From Eledone cirrhosa (lineage: Eukaryota): a stretch of DNA of 64,000 bases. The stretch covers positions 21,390,001 through 21,454,000 of the forward strand of contig OZ024741.1 of NCBI GenBank assembly GCA_964016885.1, written 5' to 3'. The position numbers and the translations under genes were made by a program. The notes under the pieces are model-generated. The model ran no database searches. It saw only the letters and a program-made list of their open reading frames with translations, and had not been told where the DNA came from. This document shows, piece by piece, positions 13,615-27,752 of this stretch (positions are counted from its first letter, which is position 1; each line of letters begins with the position of its first letter).

Positions 13615-14468
13615 CTAACACTAGGGAATTTCTCTTCCCCCACAAGCCTTTTTGGCATGGTATCTAAAGCAGGATGTCCTTACTATTGTCAACCACTTTA
13701 CAGATTGTAATGGGTGCATCTAGTGCTCCAGCACTAGAAAGGTAATTGACTCAACTGAAGAGCCCATTTTACTCTATAGGGAGGAGTGAGATATGTTATG
13801 GGCGTGTACCAAGTGTAGTGAGATTTGACAGTGTGAAAGGTGATGAATGGGAGAGGAGAGGCGACCTTCCAGAGTGGAAGATATTGTAGTGATATAAGGG
13901 ATTATGACTGATGTGTTAGAGGAAAGGATGATTCTTGGTTGAGTGGGGAAGGGTTGGATTATCATGGACAAAATAGGGGTGGAGGTGTACAGTGATGCTG
14001 AGAATAGCTACTGCAGCGGACGGGGCGGGCATGAAAGAGATGGGAGTGTACGTGATAATAAGGATAGCAACAAAGTTATAGTGGGGGGGGGGGTACACGT
14101 AGATGAGTCAGATCAGGTCACATTTTAGGGCGGGGGGCGGGTCTTCACCAGCACAGTTTGTCACCAATTCCCTGCATAGGTTCGTATTCTGTCGGTGACT
14201 CCAATATCGTGTCTTGTTTATTTCCCTATGTTCGTAGGTAATAATAGAACAAGGATAAGTAATTTACAAATTTCTATTTCGACACGAACTGGGGGCTCGC
14301 CTAACCGAGGTAACTGGTAATGCTCGTGAGGGCGCTTGGCTGTTCCAGCACATCAGGCTCGCCATCACCCGTGGTAACGCTGTGAGCGTGCTGGGTTGCC
14401 TCTTTCACAATTCTTTCTATCACCACAGAATTACATTCAGTGTTATTATTATTATATCCTCGCTGAGA

Positions 14469-14900
14469 GCGGTGGATTGGCAGTATCGGTAGAGGGTCGG
14501 CCGCCATGCTTTGTAGCATAGAGTTACGGCCCTTTATGATCTGAGTTCAAATCCCGCCGAAGTTAACTTTGCCTTTCATCCTTACGGTGTCGATAAAATA
14601 AAGTACCAGTCACTCACCGGGGTCGATTTAATCGACTTTCCCTTCCCCCATAATTGATGGCCTTGTGCGTGCGTATATAAGAAACCATACCGTAACTCTA
14701 TGCGTCAAAGCATGGCATCCGACCCTCTACCGATAGGGTCGGACGCCATGCTTTGACGCATAGAGTTACGGCCCTTGTCATTCTGAGTTCAAATCCCACC
14801 GAGGTTAACTTTGCCTTTCATCCTTACGGGGTTAATAAAATAAAGTACCAGTAATGCACTGGGTAATTGCTGGCCTTGTGCCAAAAGTAGAAACAATTAT
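14469..14900 (+). mobile_element. Two family-A SINEs in tandem with an inverted 5' fragment between them
   Basis: SINE heads at about 14469 and 14735. 14690-14730 is the reverse complement of the second head, forming a hairpin. Confidence 0.8.
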
Positions 14901-15779
14901 TATATCCTCGCTTCAGTTCCACAGTTCAACAGTTTATTGTACTTCGTTGTGTCGAAATAGAAATTTATAAATTACTGTTCCTTGTTCAATTACCTTAACA
15001 CATAAGGAGATAAACAAGACACCACATTAATTATCTCCATTGTGAAGTTCAGCTTTTTAAGGTCGGTCCTCATCCCAGAGAAAAGGGCATCACAACAATG
15101 GCATTTTAAGATCCTACTATAGTGTCGTGTTCACCAAATCCCTGTACATGGAATTTGGTAGACGAGAACTGTGCGGAAGCCCGCTGAGGATGTAATGAAA
15201 TAAAGAGAGCGAAAGTTGGTGGGGTTGTTGTTGTACTCAGCATCAGTGGTCCACTCTTCCACATTAAGTAGGCCACCTATGTTAGGTACAAGAAAAACTT
15301 TCTCTCAGAGTCAAGGCCGATGTTTGTTGTTGCAGCCCTGTCAACTCTCCTCCGTCCAATGGGGAGATCTCCCACCCACTTTGGGGTGGGTGAAAGATAT
15401 CTTCTCTTGTGAAAATGGGTATAGCTTTCATTATGTAAAATCTCCCCACTTTGCCTAATTTCTCCTCGTTTTGGCGCTGCATCCGTAGCCAAACAGAATA
15501 AAGCTCTGGAATACCGTGAATTATCGGTAAACTACAGTTTCCAGTCTGTGGAATCCGGGAGAGCTGGGCCTCTGATGACCACGAGATCATTGTCATTGTT
15601 AAGAGCTCTATTTCCTGAAGTATTAAGTGATGCCGGCGAGGGTGCTTGGCTATTTCAGTACCTTAGCCTCGCTATCACCCGCAGCAATGACTTGATTGAT
15701 TAACTGAGTGTGCATGTCTTCTCTTATTTTTGTTTAATTTTTATTGATTTGTTTCTTCTTCTTCTTCGCCCATTTATTC

Positions 15780-16120
15780 CTGAGAGGATCGTGGGGGCAG
15801 AGTCCTCAAACACTCCTTCCGGCAGGTCCTGTCAGAAGCAACCGTCTCCAACAGATCCGGCTGGATCCCCAAGTGAGTCCAGCCAAACTCATGGATGTTA
15901 TCTAACCATCTTGCTCAGGAGCCTACCCCTGGGTCTCCTGCCAGTTGGTTTCGCCCGTAAAATCTGTCCTGAAATTCTTTCTTCAGACATTTTAACCACA
16001 TGTCCATAGTTTCGGAGAAGTAGCGGATCTACCTGGAGTGGCTCCCTGATCTCCGAGCTACACACTCTATCAAGTAACATTACTCCAAAGACCCTTTGAA
16101 GGAACTCCTTTTCGGTCGCT
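15780..16120 (-). mobile_element. RTE-type LINE 3' fragment
   Basis: SSEIREPLQVDPLLLR..YGHVVKMSEERISGQILRAKPTGRRPRGR. A related fragment lies at 18545-18740. Confidence 0.7.
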
Positions 16121-16286
16121 TGTTTCTTTTGAAAATCATATTAATAAAATTAATTTTCCGTTAACCCTTGTGCTGGCCAACTGTCGCACTTGGTGGTGAA
16201 TTGGTGGTTGCTTTTTTTTTTTATTCTTTCCTTTTCTTTCTCTCACGCTTTGATCATATATTTTTGTGCATTACATTTGTGAAGTA

Positions 16287-16473
16287 GGCGGTGGATTGGC
16301 AGTATCGGTAGAGGGTCGGACGCCATGCTTTCCAGCATAGTTACGTCCCTTTACGATCTGAGTTCAAATCCCGCCGAGGTTGACTTTGCCTTTCATCCTT
16401 ACGGGGTCGATAAAATAAAGTACCAGTAATGCACTGGGTAATTGCTGGCCTTGTGCCTAAAGTAGAAACAATT
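16287..16473 (+). mobile_element. tRNA-derived SINE (family A), full length
   Basis: GGCGGTGGATTGGCAGTATCGGTAG..GAGTTCAAATCCC..core..GTGCCTAAAGTAGAAACAATTA. Confidence 0.85.
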
Positions 16474-16845
16474 ACATTCGTGAAGTACCTAGCTATAATT
16501 AATTGTATTTATTATATGTGTTTATATTTTCATTCTGTAAGAATTATAAATAACTTGTTTAACCAAATTAAAATATTAATTATTTTCCCATTTGTAATGT
16601 TATTTATACAACTGCGAACGTCGGAAAATAAAGTTATTTAGTCACTTTCAATTGTGTTTTTTTTGTGTATGTTTATATGTACAAGACTTTTTTTTAATAG
16701 ATGTACTTATACAAAGACGATTCCATTATTTCACATTTCATTCTGTTGCAGTATTGCTATGTGAAATTGTTCCGTTATATTTTCCCAGACAATTTTTTTA
16801 TTCCTTTTGAAAGTCATTTAGAATTATCTCCCTTTATAATCCAAC

Positions 16846-16857
16846 ATGGCGGCTTCG
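16846..16857 (+). CDS. NOC3L: NOC3L putative first coding exon (MAAS)
   Basis: CCAACATGGCGGC start context (YY1-like). Phase-0 donor G|GTTCGT is compatible with exon 2. The donor is uncertain; an alternative lies at 16870. Confidence 0.55.
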
Positions 16858-17010
16858 GTTCGTAAACACGTGGTTTTTCCTCTCTCTTGTGTCGTTTATT
16901 TTAAACAGTTTTTGTTATTTACCTTCGTGAAATTTCTCATCAATATATAATTTGAATATCTGTTTTCATAATAATTATGTTTATAAATATCGGGCACTAC
17001 CATGCTATTA

Positions 17011-17384
17011 GCTGTCAGAAGTGAAAGTTTCGTCAACCTTCTCAATCGTAAACATCGTTTATTTCCGTATTACCACGCGTTATTTTAATAAAGCATATCG
17101 ATGTAAGTTGAGTTATTTAAATGAAAATATAGGTGGCCCTTAAAAGAGCCAAGAGAACAAATATATGATTATCAAATATAAATGATTAAATCGAATTTAT
17201 TTGATAACCATGACTTGTTTTCTAATTAACTTAAATTTGTTTTCTAATTTGGCCCTTTTTGGCTATATTTTCATTTAAGTAACTCCACTTACATCGATAT
17301 GCTTCATTAAAATAACGCGTGGTAATACGGAAATAAACGATGATTACGATTGAGAAGGTTGACGAAACTTTCACTTCTGACAGC
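17011..17384. repeat. ~122-bp inverted repeat (foldback/MITE-like) in NOC3L intron 1
   Basis: 17011-17132 is nearly the reverse complement of 17263-17384. Confidence 0.8.
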
Positions 17385-17920
17385 CAAATATCGTTTTAAT
17401 TAATGTTTCTAAACAAATATGAACATAGTAACACGTGTTACTTAACTGTTATTATTACTACACGTTTCATATACACCGCATTTTATGACTTATTAGGCAT
17501 ACCTTTTCCCCAATATCTCCCAGAAAATTGTCCTGGGCCTTATAAACCCTATGTCAAGTTTTAGGTTACTGACAAGGAAGGGTTTGTGGTGTGTTTTATT
17601 ACTCTGTGCAATATGGTACTTAAGTTCTCAAATGTAATTATATAATAATAATTATCCTAGAATTTGTCTTTTATTTTTAGTTAAATACTAACGTATTTTG
17701 TTTCCTTGACACTAGGAATGTTATTGGACAGTTATTGTTGAATTCTTAAATCCTTTAACCCTTTTATCGTCGTATTTCCAATAAAATACACTGTTTCAAT
17801 TAATTTTGAAAACTAACCAAATATTAGCCATGAGTGAGTAGACGTATAATTAAACCTTCCCACTTGACGCTCTAAGAGACGATGTTTTTGTATCATTGAA
17901 CCAGAGATGATCTTAACTGG

Positions 17921-17957
<37 letters not shown>

Positions 17958-18785
17958 AACATAAATTATCGAGATTCGCATTTCGGCCCACGAAATAACG
18001 AAAAACAACCTCCGAGATGTGAGGCAAGTGCTCAATGGTTCAGATGAACCAGAGCTATAACAAACGTTAAATGCCAAACACACTGAGACGATGGTTAAAC
18101 AATCATTCGCATAGCCAAAAAAAACGATCAAGTAATTCGGGTATTGAAAATTTACCCGGACCCCTGGAAGGTTGGTAAAATCCAGTATTTGGGTTTCTGC
18201 GGCTCCTAAATCAAGTACCGTCCACTTACATAAATAATGTCAGGCTTCTGGTAAGATGATTGAACAAGGAAGCCACTTTCTCAACAGGTTTTAGTTAAAT
18301 GTTAATACAAGGACTGACTATTGCTGACTCCACGTGGGGATCGGCAAGGGAGGCAGCCCCTATATCAGGCGAATAAATTCAGTTGTGTATATTTTTGCAA
18401 GAATGCAAAAACATCACAAATCGAATAAGGTAACACACACGTGTGTGTGTGTGTATTGAACACGAAAATGGAGATAGGTTGTTAATTAAATAATTTAAAT
18501 ACAAAAGTAATTTCTATGACTTTTTCGCCCACATATTCCTTAAAGAGGGTCATGGGAGCATGTCCTCAAACACTCCTTCCAGCAAGTCCTGTCAGAACCA
18601 ACCATCTCCAAGTGAGACCAGCCAAACTCACATGTGTTATCCAACCATCTATCTGTGGGTCTTCTGTCGGTTGATTTTGCCTATAAAATCTGTCCAGTGA
18701 TTCTTTCCTGAGACATTCTAACCACATAGTATCGGAGCTGTGTGGGTATCAAATGGGTTAATGAATGTTTTCTTTTTTCTTTTAG

Positions 18786-19045
18786 TCAAAGAAGAAGACT
18801 ATGAAGAAGAAGGGAAAAGGGAAAACGAGCAATGTAAAAATTGCTAATAAAAACCAAGCAAAGTTGAAAAAGAAAGCTAAAATGAAAGAAAAAACAAAGC
18901 AACTGCGTAAACAAGCGAAACAGAAAGAACCAGAAGTTGATTCCCAACAAGAAAGTGAAGTGAATTGTGAAGAAACTCTTGATGATGAAGATCTTCAATA
19001 TTATCAAGATAACTTGTCAAACATTTCATTTCTTAAAAAAGAAAA
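18786..19045 (+). CDS. NOC3L: NOC3L exon 2
   Basis: Polypyrimidine-TAG acceptor. Lys-rich SKKKTMKKKGKGKTSNVKIANK..LDDEDLQYY..ISFLKKE. GTCAGT donor, phase 2. Confidence 0.8.
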
Positions 19046-19559
19046 GTCAGTACACATGTTAATACACTGTTTAAAATTGTTTTGTTTTTCTCTTATGAAT
19101 ATATGTGATTCGTTTTTTTCTTTGTTATCAAAAGTGGAATAAGTTTTTTAAAATGTTGCATGAAATATTGTTTTTATAGCTAGATACCGGGATAGTTGTA
19201 ATAAGAACATCAACGAAATAGACTTTTTCTAATAATTGTTTCTACTTTTGGTACTATCCCAGTGTATTACTGGTACTTTATTTTCTCGACCCCGTGAGAG
19301 GGCTCCATAGAAGTAGCTGATAGCTTCTGTTACCTAGTTGATATAATTATCAGCAGCAGAGGTTGTTCTGAAGAATAGTAGCTCGAATAAGAACAACTAG
19401 TAACCGGGAGTGCAATCAATCTTTAAAAAATATTGTTTTTATAGCTTGATACACTCTCCTTTTCCTTTTACTCAATTGGGAGCTGGGACAGGATATTGTT
19501 ATATGCTTTGACTTGGCAGACAAAATGTTTTGCAGTATTTAGTTACATCCTTTACGTCA

Positions 19560-20090
19560 TCATCATCGTTTTATGTCTGCTTCCATGGGTTGAATGGTTC
19601 CTTTTCAGCACAGCATCTCTCCACTTGCCACGTTCCTTCATCATCTCCTCTGCTAGTCTTAGCAATTTGAGGTCTACTCACACAACCTCTGCCCAGGTTT
19701 TTCTTGGTCGTCCTCTACTGCAGCTTCCTTCCACTGGGATTTCCTGGCATTTCTTCACCCATCGGTCATTGTCCATGCACATCACATGTCCATACCAACA
19801 CAGTCTTCTCTCCTGCACACCATCTCAAATTCCTTTTAAATCCAGCTTGTCCAAGCCCTGTCTTTCTCTCACTCACACTGATATTGCACATCCAACAAAA
19901 CATGGTTGCTTCATTTCTCTCTCATCTGCACATGTCCTCTGCTTTCACAACCCATGTTTCACTATCATGCAGCATCATACTTCACACATTCAACAAAACA
20001 TGGTTGCTTCCTTTCTCTCCAGTCTACACATGTCCTCATCAGTCACAGCCCATGCAGTATTGCACACCACACACAGCCTTCCTTAGTTAA
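19560..20090 (-). mobile_element. RTE-type LINE 3' fragment (second family; related copy 29150-29490)
   Basis: Minus strand reads WYGHVMCMDNDRWVKKCQEIPVEGSCSRGRPRKTWAEVV. Confidence 0.7.
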
Positions 20091-21490
20091 AATATCTCTC
20101 TCCAACAATTTGTGGCCTTATGACAAGATAAGAAATAATTATTGTGACTAGAGGCATATTACAATCATCTTGTCGTGCTCAAAGTTAAGGTTCATGTAGT
20201 TCAGTACAGTTCATGTCATTATCACATTTCTAATAATATACACAGAAAATATGGTTAGCATTAGGAAGGGCATCCAGCCATAGAAACCAAGCCAGAAACA
20301 GTTCTGTTGAGCAAGACATGGTCATCTGATCTGACTAGTTTCACGATGGGATAACTTGTCTAACCCATGCTAGCATGAAAAATGGACATTAAATGGTGAT
20401 GATGATGTACACTGTGTTTACTGAAGAATTTTGAGGGATTTACTAAAATTATTTCAAATTTTTAAAATGTCATTTCATATATAAAATGTTGAAAGATTTT
20501 AATTTAAATTAGAACTATTTAAAATGAATGGATTTGTTTCATAGAAGTATTTGCAGTTTTGATTTAAAGTGGCCAGAATTCTCTCATCTCTTTTTGTTCA
20601 AACCAGCTGTAAACAGCTGCTCATAGTGATGTTAAGGTATTGTTCTCAAAATAAATAACAAAATCTCATATGTTCGATATTATGTGAGATAAAACCTTTA
20701 CTTGAAAATACAATAGTAAATATAGAGTAATGTAAATCCTAAAGGGTTAAATTAGAACTATTTAAAATTAATTGCTTTGTTTCATAGAGGCAGTTTTAAT
20801 TTAAAATGGCTTTGTTTCATAGAAGTAGAAGCACTTTTAGGCTTGTTGATATCAAAAGAAATCACTAGAGATATAGTCATTTCAAAAACACAGAAATGTA
20901 TTTAAAAAATGGTGAGAGGTGAATATTGTTTAGACAGTGGTAATATGAACTGAAAACTTCTTAGATGGCATATATGAAGTAGTAGTTGAAGTGGCATTAT
21001 TTATATTGGAGGTGGACATTTTGACATTGTGTTGGTATAATGGTTTGAAGAAAGGAGTTCCTTCATATGAAAAAGTCTAAAGTCTGTCTCGAACCAGGAG
21101 GATCATCTGGCCGGTACTTATCCCAGTTTCTGTGGCATTAAGTGACTGAGAGTACAAGACTTCCCACCGGACAGGATACTAGTCCATTGCAGGTTTAAAC
21201 CCCTAGCTATTGCAGATACTCATTTTCAGCTAAGTATACTGGAGTAACATGAAATAAAGTGTTTTGTTCAAGAACACACACACAACCCAGTCCGAGAATC
21301 AAACCCACAACATTATGATTGTAAGTCCAACACCCTTACCACTAGGCCACACACTGCTATATGTAAAGCAGACTGTATTATTCTTTTCATAGGTAATGTC
21401 ATGCAGTAATGGTTGTTGAATAAAATTTGTAATTATTAGAGAGTCAAGTATAATGTCACTCATTTTCTACTGTAATTCTCTTTCACACAG

Positions 21491-21666
21491 ATTTAATGAT
21501 CGAAAAGGAAAGAAACGAAAATTGCAAGATGAAGAGGAACATTTTTATGAGAAAGGCACCAGAAATAATTTTGAAAATGAAGATGAGAAAGTTTATAAAC
21601 GTCTTTTGCCAGTGAAAATAAAGAACAAAATAATTCCACAGTCACGTGAAATCCTTCGTAAATCTG
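21491..21666 (+). CDS. NOC3L: NOC3L exon 3
   Basis: cacAG / GTtagt. Reads FNDRKGKKRKLQDEEEHFYEKGTR..KRLLPVKIKNKIIPQSRE, the NOC3 YEK..LLPIK motif. Phases 2/1. Confidence 0.88.
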
Positions 21667-23464
21667 GTTAGTTTACAATTTATCTTTTCCACTTGGTTTG
21701 TTGACATTCTAGATTACATTAACAACCAACTGTTATAGTCTTGAGGCTATTCTTAAAATATTCTTCTTCTTCGCCTAGAGCTGTTCTGCTAGAGAACGGG
21801 TTGCAGGTGGTGGATTGCGATATGGCCACCAGATATGGTTAGTTGTGATATAAGTGAGCAGTTGCCAGATGAAGCAACCTTGGACCAACAATGGTAAACT
21901 ACTAGAGGAGATGGAGCAATGGGTGACACCTGAAGATCCCAAGAAAACTCTCACAACCTAGTGAGAGGCAAGTAGAGGCAGCCTCTAAAAAAGCCTAGTC
22001 TTCGCGGGTTTGAGAAAATACCAGATTGGCGACTGGTGTGAATAAAACCACCGAAACTGCAATATGGTGAGAGGTACGAAAGAACCATATTACATTATCC
22101 TGAAGAGGGTCCGAAAGGAAGCAGACCTTAACATTGAAACCGAGAACATCTTAAAATATTTTTTTTAAATTATTTTCTCTATTGATTTTTTACATGTAAA
22201 TAGTATGCACTCATTACTCCTGATAGTCATAGAGTTACGACATGGCTCATGAAACCTGGTAGAATCCACTCCCTCTCAAGGTCTAAACAAACCTGATTTC
22301 TTCCAGAGAAGGAGAGAGAAAGTGAGCCTGTGTAATTAAGTATGTATACACCTGGTGGAGTTGTAGGGACACATAGCATTTTAAACTTGGCAAAGCTTCT
22401 CCATGTCTGATACAGCAGATTTCTTCCAGAAAAGGGCAGAGTGAGAGAATGGAAGTGATAATGAGATATTGAGGAAGAATATACCCCCAGCACAGAACTG
22501 GTATTTTTTATTAACTTCAAAAGGATGAAAGACAAAATACAGTGTGCAGTCAGACAGAACAAATGCCACAAAGCATTCCATCCAACATTCAAAACAATTC
22601 TACCACTTTACCACTTGAAAATACTATTGTGAAGTAAATAAAAAATGGTGGAATCATAAGTATGATAAAGTGCCCCAGTATGGCATCAGCCTCTCGACTG
22701 GAACACATAAGAGAATAAGTCACTAGGAGGTAAAAAATGGTTCATGTAGCACAATATACAATTATATCTCCAACAATTTTGGGTATATTCTGTGCTAGGA
22801 TATCAGGTTGGTTCATAATATTTGAGCGGGGTGTAGATTTTAAGATTTATATAAAGGTTGCTTGGTTAGATTTTAAGATGTTGTATATAAAAGTTGTTAA
22901 TAATTGATACAGACAACTTAACAGTCTGGTGAAAAATATTTTCACAGGTTCCATGATAAAAAGTACCCAATCCACCTTGTACGGTTTTAGTGCTGGTACC
23001 ACAATGAAAGACAACCAGTTTGCACTGTAAGGTGGTAGTGCAGGTGTCACAGTAAAAAGCACCCAGTCCATCTTGTAAGGTGGTTATGCCAAAGTCAATA
23101 AAATGCTCCCAATACATGTAAAGTGGCTGGTGTTAGGAAGGGCACAGAAGCAGAGCTCCAAAATGGAGCATACAATCAAGATGTGGTCACCTGGCCTATC
23201 TAGTCTCATGACAACCCATCTAACCTATGCAAACATGGAAAGTAGAGGTTAAACTGTGACGATGACAACATTTCTCTGAATTCGGGGGTTTATTCAGTCT
23301 CATTTTGTTTCCTATTTGTTGTTTCAAGACTTGCCTTCTCATTGAAAAATTGTCAAAATCCATTTGTAAATGTCTTGTAATTTATTTCTGTTATTTTTAA
23401 AGCGGAAGAAAATATATTATAGAGAATATAATATAATGTAATATATTATAATATAATATAATAT

Positions 23465-23795
23465 CTACTTTTTGGCACAAGGCCAGCAAATACCCAGTAC
23501 ATTACTGGTACTTTATTTTATCGACCCCGTAAGGATGAAAGGCAAAGTTAACCTCGGCGTGATTTGAACTCAGAACGTAAAGGGCAATCACTCTATGTTG
23601 CAAAGCATAATAATTGTTTCTACGTTAGGCACAAGGCTAGCAAATACCCAGTGTATTACTGGTACTTTATTTTATCGACCCCGTAAGGATGAAAGGCAAA
23701 GTTAACCTCGGTGGGATTTGAACTCAGATCGTTAAGGGACGTAATTATGCTGGAAAGCATGGTGTCTGACCCTCTACCGATACTGCCAATCCACC
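23465..23795 (-). mobile_element. Two tandem family-A SINEs
   Basis: Two copies of the reverse-complement SINE core, located between the duplicated acceptor sequences. Confidence 0.8.
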
Positions 23796-23857
23796 TTACA
23801 CGTAATGTAATATATTATAATATAATGTAATGTAATTTATTTCTGTCATTTTTAAAG

Positions 23858-24051
23858 CGGAAGAAAATAAGTCGGAATCAGAGAGTGAGAATGAAGGAGA
23901 TTCTGATGGATCTATATTTGACAGCCAAGACAATGACTTCACGAATCTTAGTGCTGCTGAACAGATGTTGGTGAAAGAAGAACATCTGGTAAAGGCCAAA
24001 CAAAAGATGGCCCTCTTTGCTCTTTCCATTATTGAAAATCCTAACGAACAT
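23858..24051 (+). CDS. NOC3L: NOC3L exon 4
   Basis: AEENKSESESENEGD..LSAAEQMLVKEEHLVKAKQKMALFALSIIENPNEH, GTaatt donor. Phases 1/0. Confidence 0.88.
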
Positions 24052-24613
24052 GTAATTACCAAATTTTGATTTCTTTATAGTTAAGAGTTCTTGGCTTTAG
24101 GTAAAAGAAAATACAGGAGGATGAGTTAATTATGATTTTATTCAACATATTCCCCTCTCAGATTCACACACTTATTGCAGCAGCCCTACCTTCCCTGTAA
24201 AGGTAACAGCTCTACCTTTCATCACACTTATTGCAGCAGTCCTACCTCTCCTGTAAAGGTAACAAACAGTTCTACACTTTCGTGACAGTTATTGTAGCAG
24301 TCCTACCTCCCTTGAAAAGGTAACAGCTCTACCCTTAAAGCCAGGAACTTTTCAGCACTCTGGTAGCTGGGTTTGTTATATTTACCAATTAACATCATTG
24401 AGCTACAGAAATACAAAGTGGGGGTGGGTGGGGGGTGTATGTAAACATGTATACATATTGGTGCAATCCAATTTCTTAGAAGTACTTTGACACAGGTATA
24501 CAAGGGGTAAGTTTAATATTTTTATCATATTAGCTTCCTTTGACATAAAAGATTGGAAGAAAACTTGTAACTAGTGTTTTTTTTTATTAAATCAATCTAA
24601 CAATCTATTTCAG

Positions 24614-24775
24614 ATATCTCGACTAAGGGAATTGTTACTGATGTTACAGAACCCTGCCTCTGATATAGATATTGCCATCAGTAAACTTGGTATGGTTACT
24701 CTAATGGAAATATTCAAAGATATCATTCCTGGCTATAAGATAAGGAAGTTAACTGAAAAGGAACAACAACAAAAG
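24614..24775 (+). CDS. NOC3L: NOC3L exon 5
   Basis: ISRLRELLLML..KLGMVTLMEIFKDIIPGYKIRKLTEKEQQQK, containing the NOC3 signature FKDI.P.Y.IR.LTE. cAG/GTaag. Confidence 0.95.
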
Positions 24776-24783
24776 GTAAGAAA

Positions 24784-26510
24784 CTGACATCACTTTGTCT
24801 AATGTACATATCTGTCATCACTTTGTCTAATGTACATATCTGTCATCACTTATCTAATGTACATATCTGTCATCACTTTGTCTAATGTACATATCTGACA
24901 TCACTTATCTAATGTACATATCTGTCATCACTTATCTAATGTACATATCTGACATCACTTTGTCTAATGTACATATCTGACATCACTTATCTGATGTACA
25001 TATCTGACATCACTTATCTAATGTACATATCTGTCATCACTTTGTCTAATGTACATATCTGACATCACTTTGTCTAATGTACATATCTGACATCACTTAT
25101 CTAATGTACATATCTGACATCACTTATCTAATGTACATATCTGACATCACTTATCTAATGTACATATCTGTCATCACTTTGTCTAATGTACATATCTGAC
25201 ATCACTTATCTAATGTACATATCTGACATCACTTATCTAATGTACATATCTGTCATCACTTATCTAATGTACATATCTGTCATCACTTATCTAATATACA
25301 TATCTGACATCACTTATCTAATGTACATATCTGTCATCACTTATCTAATGTACATATCTGACATCACTTATCTAATGTACATATCTGTCATCACTTATCT
25401 AATGTACATATCTGACATCACTTTGTCTAATGTACATATCTGTCATCACTTATCTAATGTACATATCTGTCATCACTTATCTAATGTACATATCTGACAT
25501 CACTTATCTAATGTACATATCTGACATCACTTATCTAATGTACATATCTGTCATCACTTATCTAATGTACATATCTGTCATCACTTATCTAATGTACATA
25601 TCTGTCATCACTTTGTCTAATGTACATATCTGACATCACTTATCTAATGTACATATCTGTCATCACTTATCTAATGTACATATCTGACATCACTTATCTA
25701 ATGTACATATCTGTCATCACTTATCTAATGTACATATCTGTCATCACTTATCTAATGTACATATCTGTCATCACTTATCTAATGTACATATCTGTCATCA
25801 CTTATCTAATGTACATATCTGTCATCACTTATCTAATGTACATATCTGTCATCACTTATCTAATGTATATATCTGACATCACTTATCTAATGTACATATC
25901 TGTCATCACTTATCTAATGTACATATCTGTCATCACTTTGTCTAATGTACATATCTGTCATCACTTATCTAATGTACATATCTGTCATCACTTATCTAAT
26001 GTACATATCTGTCATCACTTATCTAATGTACATATCTGTCATCACTTTGTCTAATGTACATATCTGACATCACTTATCTAATGTACATATCTGACATCAC
26101 TTATCTAATGTACATATCTGTCATCACTTATCTAATGTACATATCTGTCATCACTTATCTAATGTACATATCTGCCATCACTTATCTAATGTACATATCT
26201 GACATCACTTATCTAATGTACATATCTGACATCACTTTGTCTAATGTACATATCTGACATCACTTATCTAATGTACATATCTCTCATCACTTTGTCTAAT
26301 GTACATATCTGTCATCACTTATCTAATGTACATATCTGACATCACTTATCTAATGTACATATCTGTCATCACTTATCTAATGTACATATCTGACATCACT
26401 TATCTAATGTACATATCTGACATCACTTATCTAATGTACATATCTGTCATCACTTTGTCTAATGTACATATCTGTCATCACTTATCTAATGTACATATTT
26501 GTCATCATTA
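24784..26510. repeat. 27/28-bp minisatellite, about 63 units
   Basis: TCTAATGTACATATCTGWCATCACTTA, with a TTG variant. Starts about 8 nt after the exon 5 donor. Confidence 0.97.
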
Positions 26511-27658
26511 TTGTGAATTGCCAGTATTGGTAGAGAGTTGGGCGCCCTGCTTTCCAGCATAGTTACGTCCCTTTACAGTCTGAGTTCAAATCCCGCCGAG
26601 GTTAACTTTGCCTTTCATCCTTACGTGGTCGATAAAATAAAGTACCAGTAATGTACTGGGATAATTGCTGGCCTTGTGCCTAAAGTAGAAACAATTATTA
26701 ACTGACACTCCGTCAGTTATGATAAGTGTTCCAGTTGATACGATTAACGGAACAGCCTGCTCATGAAATTAACGAGCAAGTAGCTGAACATTCCACAGAC
26801 GCATGTACTTTTAACGTAGTTCTCAGGGAGATTCAGCATGACACAGAATGTGACACGGTTGGCCCTTCTAATTACAGGTACAACTCATTTTTGTTAGCAG
26901 AGTGTACTGGAGCAGCGTGAAATAAAGTGTCTTGTTCAAGGACACGTGCCACCAGGAATCGAACTGCACCTTCACAATCATAATCACCATTTAACATTGG
27001 CATGTGTGGGATATAGGGAGGTGAAACAGAATTACAAGAGAAGAGATAACTATGCCATATGGGTCAGCCTAGGAGGAGGTAGATGAAGTCTATCTTCTGC
27101 ACTAACTTTATCCAACTATAAAAACAAACAAATGCTCTGTTATGCTAACATCCAGTTACATGAAATATATTCTGAACATGTTAACTTAGATTAAAATTGT
27201 TACCAATTTCTGTTCTGTTTTTAATGTTGGATGAAGTACATTCTACAATTTCTTTAGAAAGGAAAATCATAAACTAAAAAATTTCTAAGAACATTACCCA
27301 ACTGAAAATGTGGTGCATGTTCCTACAATTCATGTAGAGAACCCAAATCAACTGCTCATTCTTAGCAATGATATTAATGTATTTTTAATTTCATACTCAA
27401 TGTAGTCGTTTTAGTTCCATGATAAAAGGCACCCAGTCCACACTGTAAATGTGGTTGGCATTAGGAAGGGCATCCAGCTGTAGAAACCCAAGCCTCAAAC
27501 AGTTCTGTAAGAGCAAGACAGGTTCATCTGATCTGGCTTGTCTCACAATGGAACAACTTGTCTAACCCATGCTAGTATGGAAAAAAATCAATGTTTAACA
27601 GTGATGATGATGATGATGACTCAACATCTAAAGATAATTTCTAATTTCTTTATTTTAG

Positions 27659-27752
27659 ATGTCAAAGGAATTTAAAGCTTTACACAGTTTTGAAGAATCA
27701 TTACTTAAATCATACAAACATTACCTTGAGTATCTTTGGTCAGTTGTTTCAA
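27659..27752 (+). CDS. NOC3L: NOC3L exon 6
   Basis: MSKEFKALHSFEESLLKSYKHYLEYLWSVVS. tttAG/GTaagt, phases 0/1. Confidence 0.92.

Noticed and set aside
16287-16380. tRNA gene (A and B boxes)
   Set aside because: No cloverleaf; it continues into a SINE body repeated many times in the window.
17755-18761. piggyBac-like MITE (TTAA-CCC...GGG-TTAA)
   Set aside because: The termini match only weakly and the interior is a mosaic with LINE debris, so the two ends may not belong to one element.
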